Positions 34,994 to 47,887 of a stretch of DNA of 64,000 nucleotides are shown piece after piece. How positions within the stretch are numbered: position 1 is the first letter of the stretch; each line of letters starts with the position of its first letter. The translations under genes and the position numbers were made by a program. The notes beneath the pieces were generated by a model. The model was not told the origin of the DNA. It searched no databases and saw only the letters and a list, made by a program, of their open reading frames with translations. The stretch covers positions 24,552,001 to 24,616,000 of the forward strand of contig JBHGNT010000004.1 of assembly GCA_043228905.1 (NCBI GenBank), read 5' to 3'. This stretch comes from Azolla caroliniana (taxonomy: Eukaryota; Plantae; Polypodiophyta).

Positions 34994-36908
34994 GGTCCAC
35001 ATGAAACGTGAATCTTCACCCGGAACTTGGTTATGCTAAAAATAAGACCCAGGGCCTCACGTTCTGTTGTTGAGTAGTTGCGTTCGGCCTAGGAAAGACG
35101 ACGACTTGCGTAGAATATTGGTCGGAACCAACAGGGTTTAGACAATTGCTGCATCAAGACGCTGCGGATCACAATATCTAAGGCATCCATGCACGAATAC
35201 ATGGAACGACTTGTCCCAACGTGGTAGTTGCAGTATAGGGGCATGGGAAATGAGTATTTTGAGGGTGTTAAAGGCCTCTTGTCCGGTTGCAGTCTAGTGG
35301 AATGGCATACGGTGGATGGTTGCATGGAGAGGGCTTGCAAAATCAGCAAGGTAGCGCAAGACCCTACTGTGCCAACACACTTGTCCAAGTAAGTACATGA
35401 GTCCCTTTGTGTTGGTCGGAGGTGGGGCCGCAAGGATTGCATGGACTTTACTTGGGTCGATTGTGATGTCCTACTAGGTAATGATCTGCCCAACCAACAT
35501 CCGCTGGATACCGCAAACACACACTTCAAGGGGATAAGGCGGAACCGGCTGTTGCGATAATGTTGGAGGCATTTATCGAGATGTGCAAGGTGCTCGCCTT
35601 TGGAACCGAAGACCGCGAAGTCATCTAGGAATACCTGCATAAACCCAGGTATGTATTCCTTGAAGATCTCCATTATAATACGTTAAAACGTAGCGGGAAC
35701 AATCTTGAGCCCAAACATCATGACCACGATGACATACCCCCCCCCCCCCAATCTATGACAAAGGTTGTTTTTTCTTTGTCCTCTGGGGCCATGCGAACTT
35801 GGTTATAGCAGCTCAATCCGTCCCAAAATTGTAGAGTTCATGGCCCGCAACTGTGTCGAGAATGGAGTTCGTGTAGGGGAGCAGGAAAGCATCGGTGATC
35901 GTATTTGCATTCAACTTCCTATAATCGACACAGACTCAGATTTTCCCATTCTTCTTCATGACGACTACGATTGGGCTATGCCATGTGGCTATCTTAGCCG
36001 GCCGAATGAACCCCGCACCGAGAAGTTTGTTGATTTCTTCCTTGACCTTTTCGGCGTAATTAGGGTTCATTCTATATTGGCGTTGCTGGATGGGGTTTGC
36101 ATCGCCTTTCAAAGTAATTTTGTGGTGATAAAATTGTGGGTTGAGCCTTGGCATGTAAGTGTGCTACTATATGAAAACATCCTTGTACGACCGTAATAGA
36201 CACTCCACTTGCATTCAAACGGAATCGGGAAGATGCTTTACTACTAGGACTATGCGGGGTGTGCCCTCCGTTCCTATGTTCAGCTCCTCTAGCTCAGTTG
36301 CTTGAACCCTTTGTGATAGTGTTGAGGTCACATTCCAGGTTTGTGGAGGCCTGGTCAAGCTCGGCTAATGCTTGCAGTGAAGGAGAGGGTAACCATTCCG
36401 CATTTAGGGCGGACACAACAGTTGACTCAAACAGTTTTGCATGTTGGTCAAGAATGTGGAGTACGTACTATCTTGAACAATGGTACAAAATCGGAAATTT
36501 CCTCTTGATACACGTCGACGTCCTCTTCTGTCATGCCGTCAAGCATGTTGACTGTTTCGCCACACACTGTAGTGACTGCCTGCGGTGGTGTAGGAGTTGC
36601 GGTCGTGTTGACGCGGGTTTTATGGCCATTTTAGCGGATCGTGAGCCGATTATTCGGCCAGTCCTGCTTGATCTGGGTTGCGCGAAGCCATGGTCGTCCA
36701 AGGAGGAGAGGATATCGACCGTTATCGACCACTACGGAGATTTGGAATGTTTTGTGCCAACGGCTTCACTACACTAGTATCTGCCATGCGGAGATGCAAT
36801 GGGCAATGGGCCCAATCCGAGATGCTGAGGTCACAGCAAGTGGCCTCGCTGATCAGGTTGACTCACGACCTGTCGTCGATGAGAACCCCTTGCACATGTT
36901 GGCCGTTT

Positions 36909-39900
36909 TGATAGTAAGAAAAGGCCAAATATGTTATTTCTTACTATTTACGCATAAGTATAAAAACTAATAGAAATGAGGGTTTCTTGTGCCCCCCCAA
37001 AAAGTTGTTGTGTGTTCTTTTTCCCTCTGTCTGTGTGCTGTTCGACATTTTCTCTACAGGTAAGGCAAAACAGCAGCTCGTCCGTCTCCATCGTTCTTCT
37101 CCAACAGTGGTATCAGAGCTTGGACCTCGTGAGACTGTGTGTGGCAGCAAGCATCCGACCTTTCTGCGTTTCCCCCCTCTGCACATGCTATTTTTTCAAG
37201 ACCTCGATAGAGGTAATATCTAGTACGCTTCTCGTCTGAACATTTCCTTTTTTTGTGTGCCAATCTTTTGGGAAAAAAGAGTAGACCTTTGGTGAAAGCT
37301 AGAAACAGAGAAGACTCACTGTTTCTAGCATACAAAGTGAGAAGTTACAAATAAAAGAACTTGTATTTGGTTTTCCCGATGCTTGCTCACTTGATGTCAC
37401 TTGATGTGAGTTTTTCTTTTGACGTTGAAGTTACGTCCTAGTTGCAGTCCTTTTGCCTTGGCTGATATAAGAGAGAGGTGTTGTCCTCAATCGAACACAA
37501 ATACCTACCCTAGAACACGGTTTGAGTCTAGGTAGTGAGTAGTGTCTCAACTATTGTTAGTTGCTTATATTTGGGATTGACCAAGTTTATTTACCTAGCA
37601 TCCAAATGGCTGCCTCTGAAATGTCTGAGGTTTCAAGTACCTCACGTGGTGGTTCGTTCAATTCCCATAGAAATCACTCTATGGGTGGAAAAGACCACCT
37701 TGAGATCCGTAAATTTGACGGATCCAACTTTGCCCTGTGGAAGAATCAGATGAGAGATGTCCTGATTCAAAGAAGGCAATTAAGAGCTATAAGTGGTGAA
37801 GCCAAGAGACCCCAGGGCATGACCAAGGACGATTGGGAAGAGCTCGATCTCTTGGCAATGTCTACCATAAGACTGCACCTGGCTGACAACGTGTATTTCA
37901 CGGTCTTGGACTGTGACTCAGCTGAAAAGCTATGGACTAAACTATCCAGTACATACGAAAAAGAGACCGCATCAAACAAAGTTTATCTAATGAGAAAACT
38001 TTATGATCTTCGAATGAAGGACAATGACAGTGTCGCTTCTCATTTGAATGATTTTGATGCATTATGGTCACAATTACTGGCTCAGAAAATGATTTTTGAT
38101 GATGAGTTGAAATGTGTATTTTTGTTATGCACTTTGCCTAGCTCATGGAACACTTTTTGCACCGCTATTAGTGCAAGTGCACCAAATGGGAAATTAGTCT
38201 ATAATGACATATGTGGAGCTCTTTTGGGTGAAGAAATTCGTAGAAAATCTGTGATTGCATCACACAATGGAGATGCATATAATGTTTCTGATGTTGGTCC
38301 TCGCAAGAACCAACAACGTGGTAGGAGCCAAACAAGAAATAGTAGTGGAAATGATAGAGGTAGAAGCAAATCTAGGAAGAAAAATATGGAATGTTATTAC
38401 TGTCATAAAAAGGGACACCTTAAGAAAGATTGTTATGCCCTAAAAAATAAGGAGAAAGATAATGCTAGAGGGCATGGTAGACAATCTAGTGGTCCTTCTT
38501 CCTCGGTGGAAATAGAGGAAGTAAATGCAACATGTGATGAGACAGACATCTTGGTCCTAGATGATGTTAGCACACATGCTGGGGTGAACACGGTTTTTTC
38601 CCCATCACATACGTGGTTGTTGGACTCCGGTGCATCGTTTCATGTGACTCCACATAGAGAGTGGTTCACATGTTATGAAGCCAAGTCACTTGGGAAAGTT
38701 CGACTTGGAGACTCACATCAGTGTGATGTGATTGGCATTGGAAATATCTCAATGCATTTTAGTGATGGTTCTCATTTGACCATTAAAGATGTACGCCACG
38801 TTCCTCAACTAACTCGTAGTTTGATTTCCGTTGGTCAGCTTGATGACAACGGATATAAGGTGATGTTTGCCTCTCAATCCTTTCGTATAACGAAAGGAAA
38901 TATTATTGTCGCGAAAGGGAACAAAGTTGGTTCCCTCTACCCTTTATTTGTTAATCAAAAGGAACACTTGTTGGCTGTCACAGAACAGCCAATGACGAGC
39001 ATTTGGCATGGTCGTTTAGGCCACATGTCAAGAAATGGCATGGAAATCCTATCTCGTTATGGCCACTTACCTAAGTTGTCATTCTCTGATTTTGCCTTAT
39101 GTGAGCATTGTCAGCATGGTAAGCAAACAAGAAGTGCACATAAGACCAGTGTTAACTCATCCACTAAACCATTGGATCTTGTCCACACGGATGTTTGTGG
39201 ACCTATGCCCACAAGATCTTTGGGCGGTGCACTATATTTTGTTACTTTCATTGATGATGCCACTAGGAAAGTTTGGGCTTATCCAATTAAGGGAAAGGAT
39301 GATGTATACCCCACTTTCAGAAAATGGCTTAGTTCGGTTGAGCTGGAAAAGGACATAAAGCTTAAGGCCTTACGTTCAGACAATGGAGGTGAGTATACCT
39401 CTCATGAATTTGATGACTTTTGCAAGTCTAGAGGCATTCGGAGAGAGTTTACAGCTCCCTACACCCCTGTCCAAAATGGTGTGGCTGAGAGGATGAACAG
39501 AACCATCCAGGACAGAGTTCTCTATGCTACACCATGCAAACCTCTCGCAAGGTTTTTGGGCAGAAGCTGTTTTAACAGCAGTCCATGTGATTAACCTATC
39601 ACCGAACACAACCATAGGCCTAAAAGTGGCACAAGAGTTGTGGACAGGCAAGACACCTCATTATGCTCATCTTAGAGTTTTTGGATGCGAAGCATATGTA
39701 CACATTCCAAAAACCTTAAGAAAGAAATTAGACTATAAATGCAGAAAATGTATATTTCTTGGTTGCGGAATTGACGGGCAGTTTGGATATCGCTTATGGG
39801 ATCCTGACACACGTACTGTGGTCAGAAGTAGTGATGTTGTTTTTTATGAGAACAAAATGCATAAACAGACCGTGAAGGAGGTAGAAGTGAGGAAGGTTGC

Positions 39901-42063
39901 ATTTAAAGATAGTATGCCTTTTGTTGATGTAAAACAGAAAAATCTCACTGATGTAGATGCTTCTACATGTGGGCAGTCACAAAAACCTGTTATTGGTCAG
40001 GATGAAGATGCCGAAAAAGATTATGCTTAGCACAATGATGTGCAAGATGATGTTTATGCTCATAATGATGATGCTCAGAATGATGTTTCTCATGCACAAC
40101 CTGATGGCACTCAGGTTCAGGATTCATCGAGGAGATCTATGCGTGTCCCCAAGGCACCTAGTAAGTTTTCTGATTATGTAATGCTAACAGATGCCGGTGA
40201 GCCTTCATGTTACAATGAAGCCATATCTGTAAATGACCATGCGAAATGGAAACAGGCCATGCAAAGTGAATTGGACAGCATTTATAAAAATGGTACTTGG
40301 GATTTAGTACCTTTGCCAAAGGACAGGAAAGCATTGCCATGCAAATGGGTATACAAGTATAAGCATACATCTGATAGTGCTTCTCCAAAGTATAAAGCAC
40401 GCTTGGTTGCCAAAGGTTTCAAACAAGAATATGGAATTGATTTTGATGAAACCTTTTCTCCTGTAGTTAAGATGACTACATTACGTATGTTGCTTTCATT
40501 GGCTGCAAATCAGAATTTGGAACTTGTCCAAATGGATGTGAAGACTGCCTTCTTGCATGGGGACCTTGATGAGGACATTTATATGGAACAACCAGAAGGT
40601 TATGAAGTATTGGGAAAAGAACATTTGGTATGTAAACTCAAGAAGAGTCTGTATGGGCTTAAGCAGTCCCCGAGGTTATGGTATCAGAAATTTGATGCTT
40701 TTATGAAGACTCAAGGATATATTAGAAGCAATGAGGATGCATGTCTTTATACAAAAAACTGTTCAGATGAGAGTTTTATCACCTTGATATTATATGTTGA
40801 TGACATGCTTATTGTTGGTAAAAACAAGGATGAGTTATCCTCGTTAAAGAAAAACTTGGGCCAGAACTTTGACATGAAGGATTTGGGAGATTCAAAACAT
40901 ATTCTTGGTATGCGTATCACTCGTGATAGGAGTAAGCGATGCATTTACTTGTCTCAAGCTGAGTACATATCGAAAGTGCTAAAGAGGTTTAATATGGAGA
41001 ATGCAAAGCCGTTGAGCACCCCTTTGCCTACATATGTAAAACTGAGCACATGTGATTGCCCCACATCTGATGAAGACAAGAAATCTATGTCCAAGGTTCC
41101 TTATCAATCCGCAGTCGGGAGTCTTATGTACGCTATGATAGCGACCAGGCCAGACATTGCTTTCGCAGTGGGAGCTGTGAGCAGATTTATGTCAAATCCT
41201 GGTAATAAACATTGGGAGGCAGTTAAACTGATTTTAAGATATCTGTGTGGCACTAAGAATAGGTGTCTATGTTTAGGTGGTGGAAATGTATCCATCATCG
41301 GATATACAGATTCTGATTATGTTGGCTACTCTGACAGCAGAAAATCCACTTCAGGATATATTTTTCAGTTTATGGGAGGTGCGATATCTTGGAGATCTCG
41401 TCTCCAAAAATGTATTGCTCTGTCCACTACAGAAGCAGAGTATGTCGCAGCTAGTGAAGCTTGTAAGGAAGCCGTATGGCTGTCCAGATTAGCTTGTGAC
41501 ATGGGCATATCTAAGCTTGTACCCATACTGTTTTGTGATAGTCAGAGTGCCATTGCATTGGCTAAAAACCCAGTATACCATGCAAAGACCAAGCACATTG
41601 GAGTGAGATATCACTTCATTCGAGAATGCATAGCTGTTGGCTACATCAGTCTTGAGAAAGTTGTTTCTCAAGAAAATGTTGCAGATGCATTGACCAAAGT
41701 TCTACCGCATGAAGCACTAGAGCATTGCTGCCACTTGATGGGGATTACTTAGGTCATGAGATTACACAGTGCTCTTGTAACATACTCATCAAGTAGGATA
41801 TGTAGGTCTTGTTCAATCTTCCCATCAGCTTTGTTGATCCCTAGTTTGGCCTTTTAGTGGGAGATTGATAGTAAGAAAAGGCCAAATATGTTATTTCTTA
41901 CTATTTACGCATAAGTATAAAAACTAATAGAAATGAGGGTTTCTTGTGCCCCCCCAAAAAGTTGTTGTGTGTTCTTTTTCCCTCTGTCTGTGTGTTGTTC
42001 GACATTTTCTCTGCAGGTAAGGCAAAACAGCAGCTCGTCCGTCTCCATCGTTCTTCTCCAACA
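36909..42063 (+). mobile_element. Complete young Ty1/copia element (Tnt1/Tork-like), 5-bp TSD CGTTT
   Basis: 198-bp LTRs 36909-37106 and 41866-42063 (2 mismatches seen); PBS tggtatcagagc (tRNA-iMet) at 37108; PPT agtgggagat; CGTTT at 36904-36908 and 42064-42068. Confidence 0.96.
37605..41752 (+). pseudogene. Copia gag-pol polyprotein with one frameshift (~39520) and one in-frame stop (40028-40030)
   Basis: FDGSNFALW, CYYCHKKGHLKKDC, WLLDSGAS, HTDVCGP, SDNGGEY, YKARLVAKGF, LYVDDM, ADALTK. Confidence 0.92.
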
Positions 42064-43329
42064 CGTTTGACAAGGCAATGTTCATCGCGCAAATTGGGTT
42101 CAATAGGCGTGACTAAGCCACCGTACGAGGTTGAAGTTTCTCCTCCATTTGGGCGCGAAAGCGCGGGACAGGCTCAAGGAGACAACCCAGCGAGAGTGCA
42201 ATATTACAGGGCTCTAGGAGCCGCATGATGTCCTCTGCTTAGAGAGTGTTCACGTCGTTTGTGGCCGACCCAGGCTTGCATTTGGCGGCGCACTTCATCC
42301 TGCGCCTGCCATGTTGTTTCGTGTGTCCGAGACCAAGCCTGGACGATCTGTACATCCGCCGTGATCAAATTGATTGCTGGTCTGTTCTCAGTGGTGGCAC
42401 GTTGCAGGCAGTAGTTCTGAAAATGGCCCGTCTGGCTGTGTGGGAGGGTCTGGTGGGTCTTGTGTCGGTTGCTCTCGGTGGGGCGAGTGGTTGTTGAATC
42501 GAATACATCCTCTAAGGTGGATTGTGTGAAGTCCAGTTGGACGAGGTAAAAGTCCGTAAGGGTAGGCGGATGCCCCAGATATACGTGTTGATCTGGTCCT
42601 CCTCTCGTGCAGGAGTGGGCAACCGTTGCATGCGGCTCTAAAACCTCATGTAATAGTCTCTTATGTCCTCGCCCTTAGCTTGCAATGCTGAGTAATAGGC
42701 AATGCAGAGCTGTTTCACCAGTACACGCCGTTGCAATAATTTCTTGAAGCGTGCGGCAAGGCTATCGAATATATTAAAGGTAGTCAAGGGTTGCACCTTG
42801 AACCATGTGGCGGGTGGGCCATCGAGTGACATACTGAACTTCATCACTTGTGACGCCACCAGATCCGGCCACGCTAGCCGTTGGCCGGTGTGGTTCACCG
42901 TCCATGTGCGGAGGTATGCGCGTAAGTCCTCCTCCGGGTCACTATTCCCATAGAAAATGGAATAAGGGTACCGCATGGCTGCGGCAAAGGAGCAGTGGGG
43001 GAGAGAAGAAGGGGCGTAAATGGGATTGGTGGTGGTGTTCCACAAGTTGTGAGCCGGTGGAAGGGCGCGTGCGGCAAGAGCCAACGGGGTAAGGGGTGGC
43101 GAAGGAGAAACTGAAGATGATGAAAGAAACTTCGTTGCTGGAAGAGAGGGTGTGCAACTTAGTTGAGCCACCGTTTGGTGCGACCACCCGTTCGGTTCTT
43201 CTGCCGGGTTGTGGCCAACTCCCCAAGTCCGGTGAGGGAGGTGGGGCCACTTCTAGTGGTTGCTGTTGTAATAAGTTTGTAAGAGATGGTGTAATGTTGC
43301 AAGCTAGGGTCAGCGATTGGGGGGGAATC

Positions 43330-44894
43330 TGACAACATTCACCATTGGGGCGTTGCATGAAGGTGTGGCTCTTATGGTTGAGAACATTGAAACAACATGC
43401 CCTACATGTATCAATATTGATGACGTCAATAAGGGAATAAAGAAGATGGCGAGTGGGAAAGCAACAGATGTAACCTACGTTTCAAGTGAGCTTTTAAAAT
43501 AAACAAGGCCACATACTCGTCATTGGATAATGATAATTATAGAACAAGTTATAAAACAAGGTTTTCCAAATGATTGGCCTATGAATTCGATTAAATATAT
43601 AGTTTAAAGTTGAAGATAATCAAGTATCACATTATCGTACAATAATGGTGATCTCAACTATTACTAAATTATATAGCACTATTATAGAGCAAAAGACAAG
43701 CACATGGGCTGAAAGTACAAGCAAAAGATCACTTGGGCAAGCGGGATTTAGACCAAACACTCCACTATGGATCATTTGGTCACAGTGATAGTACTAATGG
43801 AAGAGAGTCGATTACATGGAAAGACACTAAGCGTTGGAAAGGAATGGTAGAGATTGACATGGCATTAGAGTACCGAGTTGTTGTTGCACGCCTATATGAA
43901 CAAGTTAAATGCCAACTAAAAATGGATAGTGATTCTCAAAGCAGTTTTGAAGTAACATGGGGGTCAAGCAAGGATGTCCACCATCACCCACACCCTTTGG
44001 CTTATCTATTGATAAATTAGAAGAAGTGATGAATAAGCTTACAAGAGAAGAAGGATTGAATGCACCCAAATTGACGCAACATGTTATCGTATTGCTTTTA
44101 CATGCATTGCATGCTTTGATTCTAGGTTTTGGGCCAGTTTAAAATCGTATTGCCTTTTCGAGAACCAATGCAACCCAAGAGATGGGAAGTAAAACTAATG
44201 TTCTTCAATGCCATGGTAACTCAAGTATTGCTTTATGGGGTAGAAGTATGGGGTGGCACCAATCTCTCTTGATGCATGGAATGAGATGGAGAAATTTCAA
44301 AAGATGTTTTTAAGGTGGAAATTAGGAGTTAAATGTACTACCTCTTACCAGGTTATGCTCTTGGAAACTATTGTTCGGGCCATAAAGATATTAGCACTCC
44401 AAAGAGTATGTAGATACATTACAAAAGTCATGAATGTGCCAAATCATCGATCACCTCATCTTGCTTAGAATCTTGAATGTAAGGTACAAAAGAATAATAA
44501 GAGTAAAATTCTCTCATCCAGTTGGGTTGTTAACATAAGAAAATGGTTTAGAATATGGGGTGTGGATGATTTTCTAGAGCTTTCGGGCAATGCTATGCAT
44601 TATGTAATGATTGAGGAAAGGTTGGCGGAATCATTAAGGGTGAAGTGGGATGATGTTAAGAGGGCAACGCTAGAATACTACATTACAAATGTCAACCTTG
44701 AATGTTGGTCTCAATATAAGGCAAGAATGCATATTGATTGTATCCAACATGTGTAGAAATGCTCATAGAGCCCTCACACTACTTCACACTCAATGTCACT
44801 AGGTATCGAAGTTGCATCATGGTATCAAAATGTAACGAATTTGAAGGCATGCAAAGTATGCAATAAAAGCATGATAGCGGATGAACGTCATTTG
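43330..44894 (+). pseudogene. Decayed RTE-like LINE RT fragment (copy B, longer at its 5' end)
   Basis: GIKKMASGKATD, YRTIMV, GVKQGCPPSP; near-identical to 8409-9582. Confidence 0.85.
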
Positions 44895-44977
44895 TGTCAG
44901 GAACAATACTAAGACAGAGAGGGAATTAGTACTAAAAGATGCGAATTAGTACTAAGAGAGAGAAAAGAGTGTAGAAC

Positions 44978-45020
<43 letters not shown>
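44895..45020. repeat. Chromovirus LTR-end fragment plus (GA)n, the empty site of the intact LINE
   Basis: tgtcaggaacaatactaag...gtagaactcac(GA)n gagcggaaaag, colinear with 9583.. and 14298.. Confidence 0.85.
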
Positions 45021-45023
<3 letters not shown>

Positions 45024-45024
45024 C

Positions 45025-46618
45025 GGAAAAGTCCTTGGTTTGGACTTATGGTAGATGAAGCTACCGATGTAAGCGTAACCAAGAACTTGATCCTTTACAC
45101 TACATTTGTGGAAGGAAGGCAAGTAAGAACCTCTTATTTGGGGTTACTTGAAGTAGAGGATTGTACATCAAACACAATAACAGAGAGCATTTTAGCATTG
45201 CTAAAAAAGTGGAAGTTAGATGTTAGAAAATTGATGGGATTTGGAAGTGATGGAGCATCTGTTATGGTAGGTACGTCTACATGTGTTGCTACAAGATTGA
45301 AGTGATATAACCCATTTATGACTTCATTACATTGTTGTGCACATCGAACAAACTTGTGTGTGCAAGAGGCTTCAAAGAACATTGAAGTCAAAGAAACATG
45401 CAAGCAGTTAGATGCCCTTGTGAATCGGGTGGCTGCACATTTCTCGAGGAGCTCAATGCGCCAAGGTGAATTAAGTAAGATGCAAGATGCATTGGAATAC
45501 ATGCATTTGCATATTCTTGGGATTGTGAAGACACGATGGCTTAGTCGGCATGGTGCTATCATGAGGGTATGTGATGTGTATAAACCTTTGATGAAGACTT
45601 TGCAATCGCAAAGTGATGTATACAGTGTATTCTTAAGTTTAAGAAACTTCAAAGTAGTGTATGCTTCACTTCCTTGCAAATGTACTTAATATCATGTCAA
45701 CGTTAAGTATGGAATTCCAAAAGGAATATGTGGATGTGACATGCATTGGAGGTTTTGCTATGATAGGCATTGGGGAGATAGAAGAACAATTTCTACATCA
45801 TGTTATGATGGATCTCAATGGTTTTGAGAATGATAGCTATAATTATTCAATTATTCCAGAATATGGTAGAGACAAAGGAATGCTTTCGGTTTTAAGAGAT
45901 GCTATTAACGGTAATATGTATAAAAGCATCCTCATGGATAGAAGTATTGATGGTGAGGACTTAATTGAAGCCATACGATTCCAAACTTTATTTTCTAAGG
46001 CATTAATAGAGACAATAAAAAAGAGGCTTCAAGATCTGGTAACCCTTTCCGCATTGAAAATGTTATCACCAATGACCATTTCTACCGGATCTACAAGCAT
46101 TTTAGCACGAAAAACTATGGGTCTTAATGAGTTGAAAACACTTGGAAATTTTTATGGCATTCAAAAAATGGTAGATGGGAAAGCGTTTTCTCCCATAAAT
46201 GATAATGATAAATTCTATGATGAATATGCAATTTTCAAAAGGCAAGCTACCACGAAATGGCTTGGAAGAGATTTCTTAGATGTTTGGGGTATGATAAATT
46301 GTAATGATGTAGGGAAAGAAAAGCTACCCGAACTTCTAAAGCTTTCATTGATAGGGTTAATTTAATGTTCTTCTACAACAGTATGTGAGAGAGGCTGTAG
46401 TCGCCTAAATCTAATAAAAAATAAGTTTAGAAATAGGCTAAAAAACAATGTGGTTGATGCATTGATACGAATCTCTATTGAAGGACCTGAACTAGAAGAA
46501 CATGACTTTAGTGCCAGCATTTTCTTGTGGCGAGAAAGCAAGGCATATCGTCATATTTTTATAGGAACTTCTCATGAGGATGATGATGACATCGAGGACT
46601 TCAAAGAATATATAGATT
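45025..46618 (+). pseudogene. hAT transposase fragment (copy B), with an extra stop at 45303-45305
   Basis: Near-identical to 14360-15955. Confidence 0.88.
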
Positions 46619-46867
46619 AAAACTTTGTAAATTTGATCGATTTTGTTTTGGAACTTTCTATATATTAGATCTAATTTGATCTAATATGTTGTTAATGCTA
46701 CTTTACAAAGGTTTGAAAAGTGAATTTTATTTATAAATTTAGAATTTATTTTTAGTAAATATATATCTTTAGTTTTTGGGATCCAAAATTTTGTGACTAA
46801 TTTGATTTGGTATTGCACTAAAAAAAATTCAACATGTTCCGATTGACATTGCCGCTAGTAGGAACGT

Positions 46868-47143
46868 TGTTACGTTATTACGCGCGTGCGTGGAGAACAA
46901 GGCGGGGCCACTGGGGTCTTGGACCGAGGAATAGGTGAGAAAAGGGGGAGAGACATGCTCACACACGTATAGACAGAGAAGCGCACGGGAACACGCCCCA
47001 ACAACACAGGAGACACGAGTTGAATGGGGAATAGAGTATAAGAACACCAGTGTATGTATATAAATATATGTATGCAGATGACGCGAACGGTTACAACCGA
47101 TCAGGTTGGCTAGACGGATACCGACGCCTGATCACCCACGCGC
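46868..47143 (-). mobile_element. LTR fragment related to the solo LTR at 22285-22934
   Basis: tgttacgttattacgcgcgtgcgtggag... matches the reverse complement of 22660-22934; interrupted by the element at 47144. Confidence 0.75.
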
Positions 47144-47887
47144 TGTCGTAGTGTATTCCACACACAACGTGAAAACCATAAAATAATATATCCGATTTTA
47201 GATACATATAAATAAATAAATAATATATCAAAATATTTATCACGTGCATAGGGCAGGATTCGAACCCTACACCTCCACGTAGATAAACCTCAACGTTACC
47301 ATTGTAATAACTTATCTTTAGTGTTATACATATAGATTTAATACGTATAAGACCTTTATTTACACATACCTTTATTAAAAGGTAAAAATCATGTATTCTT
47401 TAGGGTGTGAATATTTTATTTACACGTGATATTAAAAGTGACTCATGCACATCTAGCGTGCATGAGCCCTATACTTAGGAAATGACAAAGCATCACATGC
47501 ACATTTAGTGTGCATGGACACTTTTGGTGAAAAAGCATGAAGCCATGCTTAGCCTCTTCCATCTTTATATAAGGAGGAGAGAAATATGTATAAGGTTGTT
47601 GATTAATATAGAAGGATTGATCAATCTAATATATTCGTGGGATTCACGAATTTTGCCATCTAAATTACTCTTATAATCTAAATATTGTTTTAAATACACT
47701 AAACTCGTGGGATTCACGAGATTGCTACCTTACTTCTCTTTATACCTATTCTTTACTAGCCTTATTTGTAATTTTCTTTCTCCTAGTCCAAAACCTCGGC
47801 GGTTCCCACCTGACTCACGCAACGATCCAGAGCCGAAAGGCACGATACAGTTGGTGAACCCGACGTGAAAACCCGGGGTGCAAGGAG

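Larger units (their letters stand above)
34990..43300 (-). mobile_element. Old decayed non-chromoviral gypsy internal region (gag-PR-RT-RNase H), split by a copia insertion
   Basis: Gag-like 42638-43171; RT (KVKEEINKLLGAGFI, WHSPIVVV.KKNGK, VFLDDF); RNase H (YASRRLS); no LTR or integrase retained. Confidence 0.8.
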
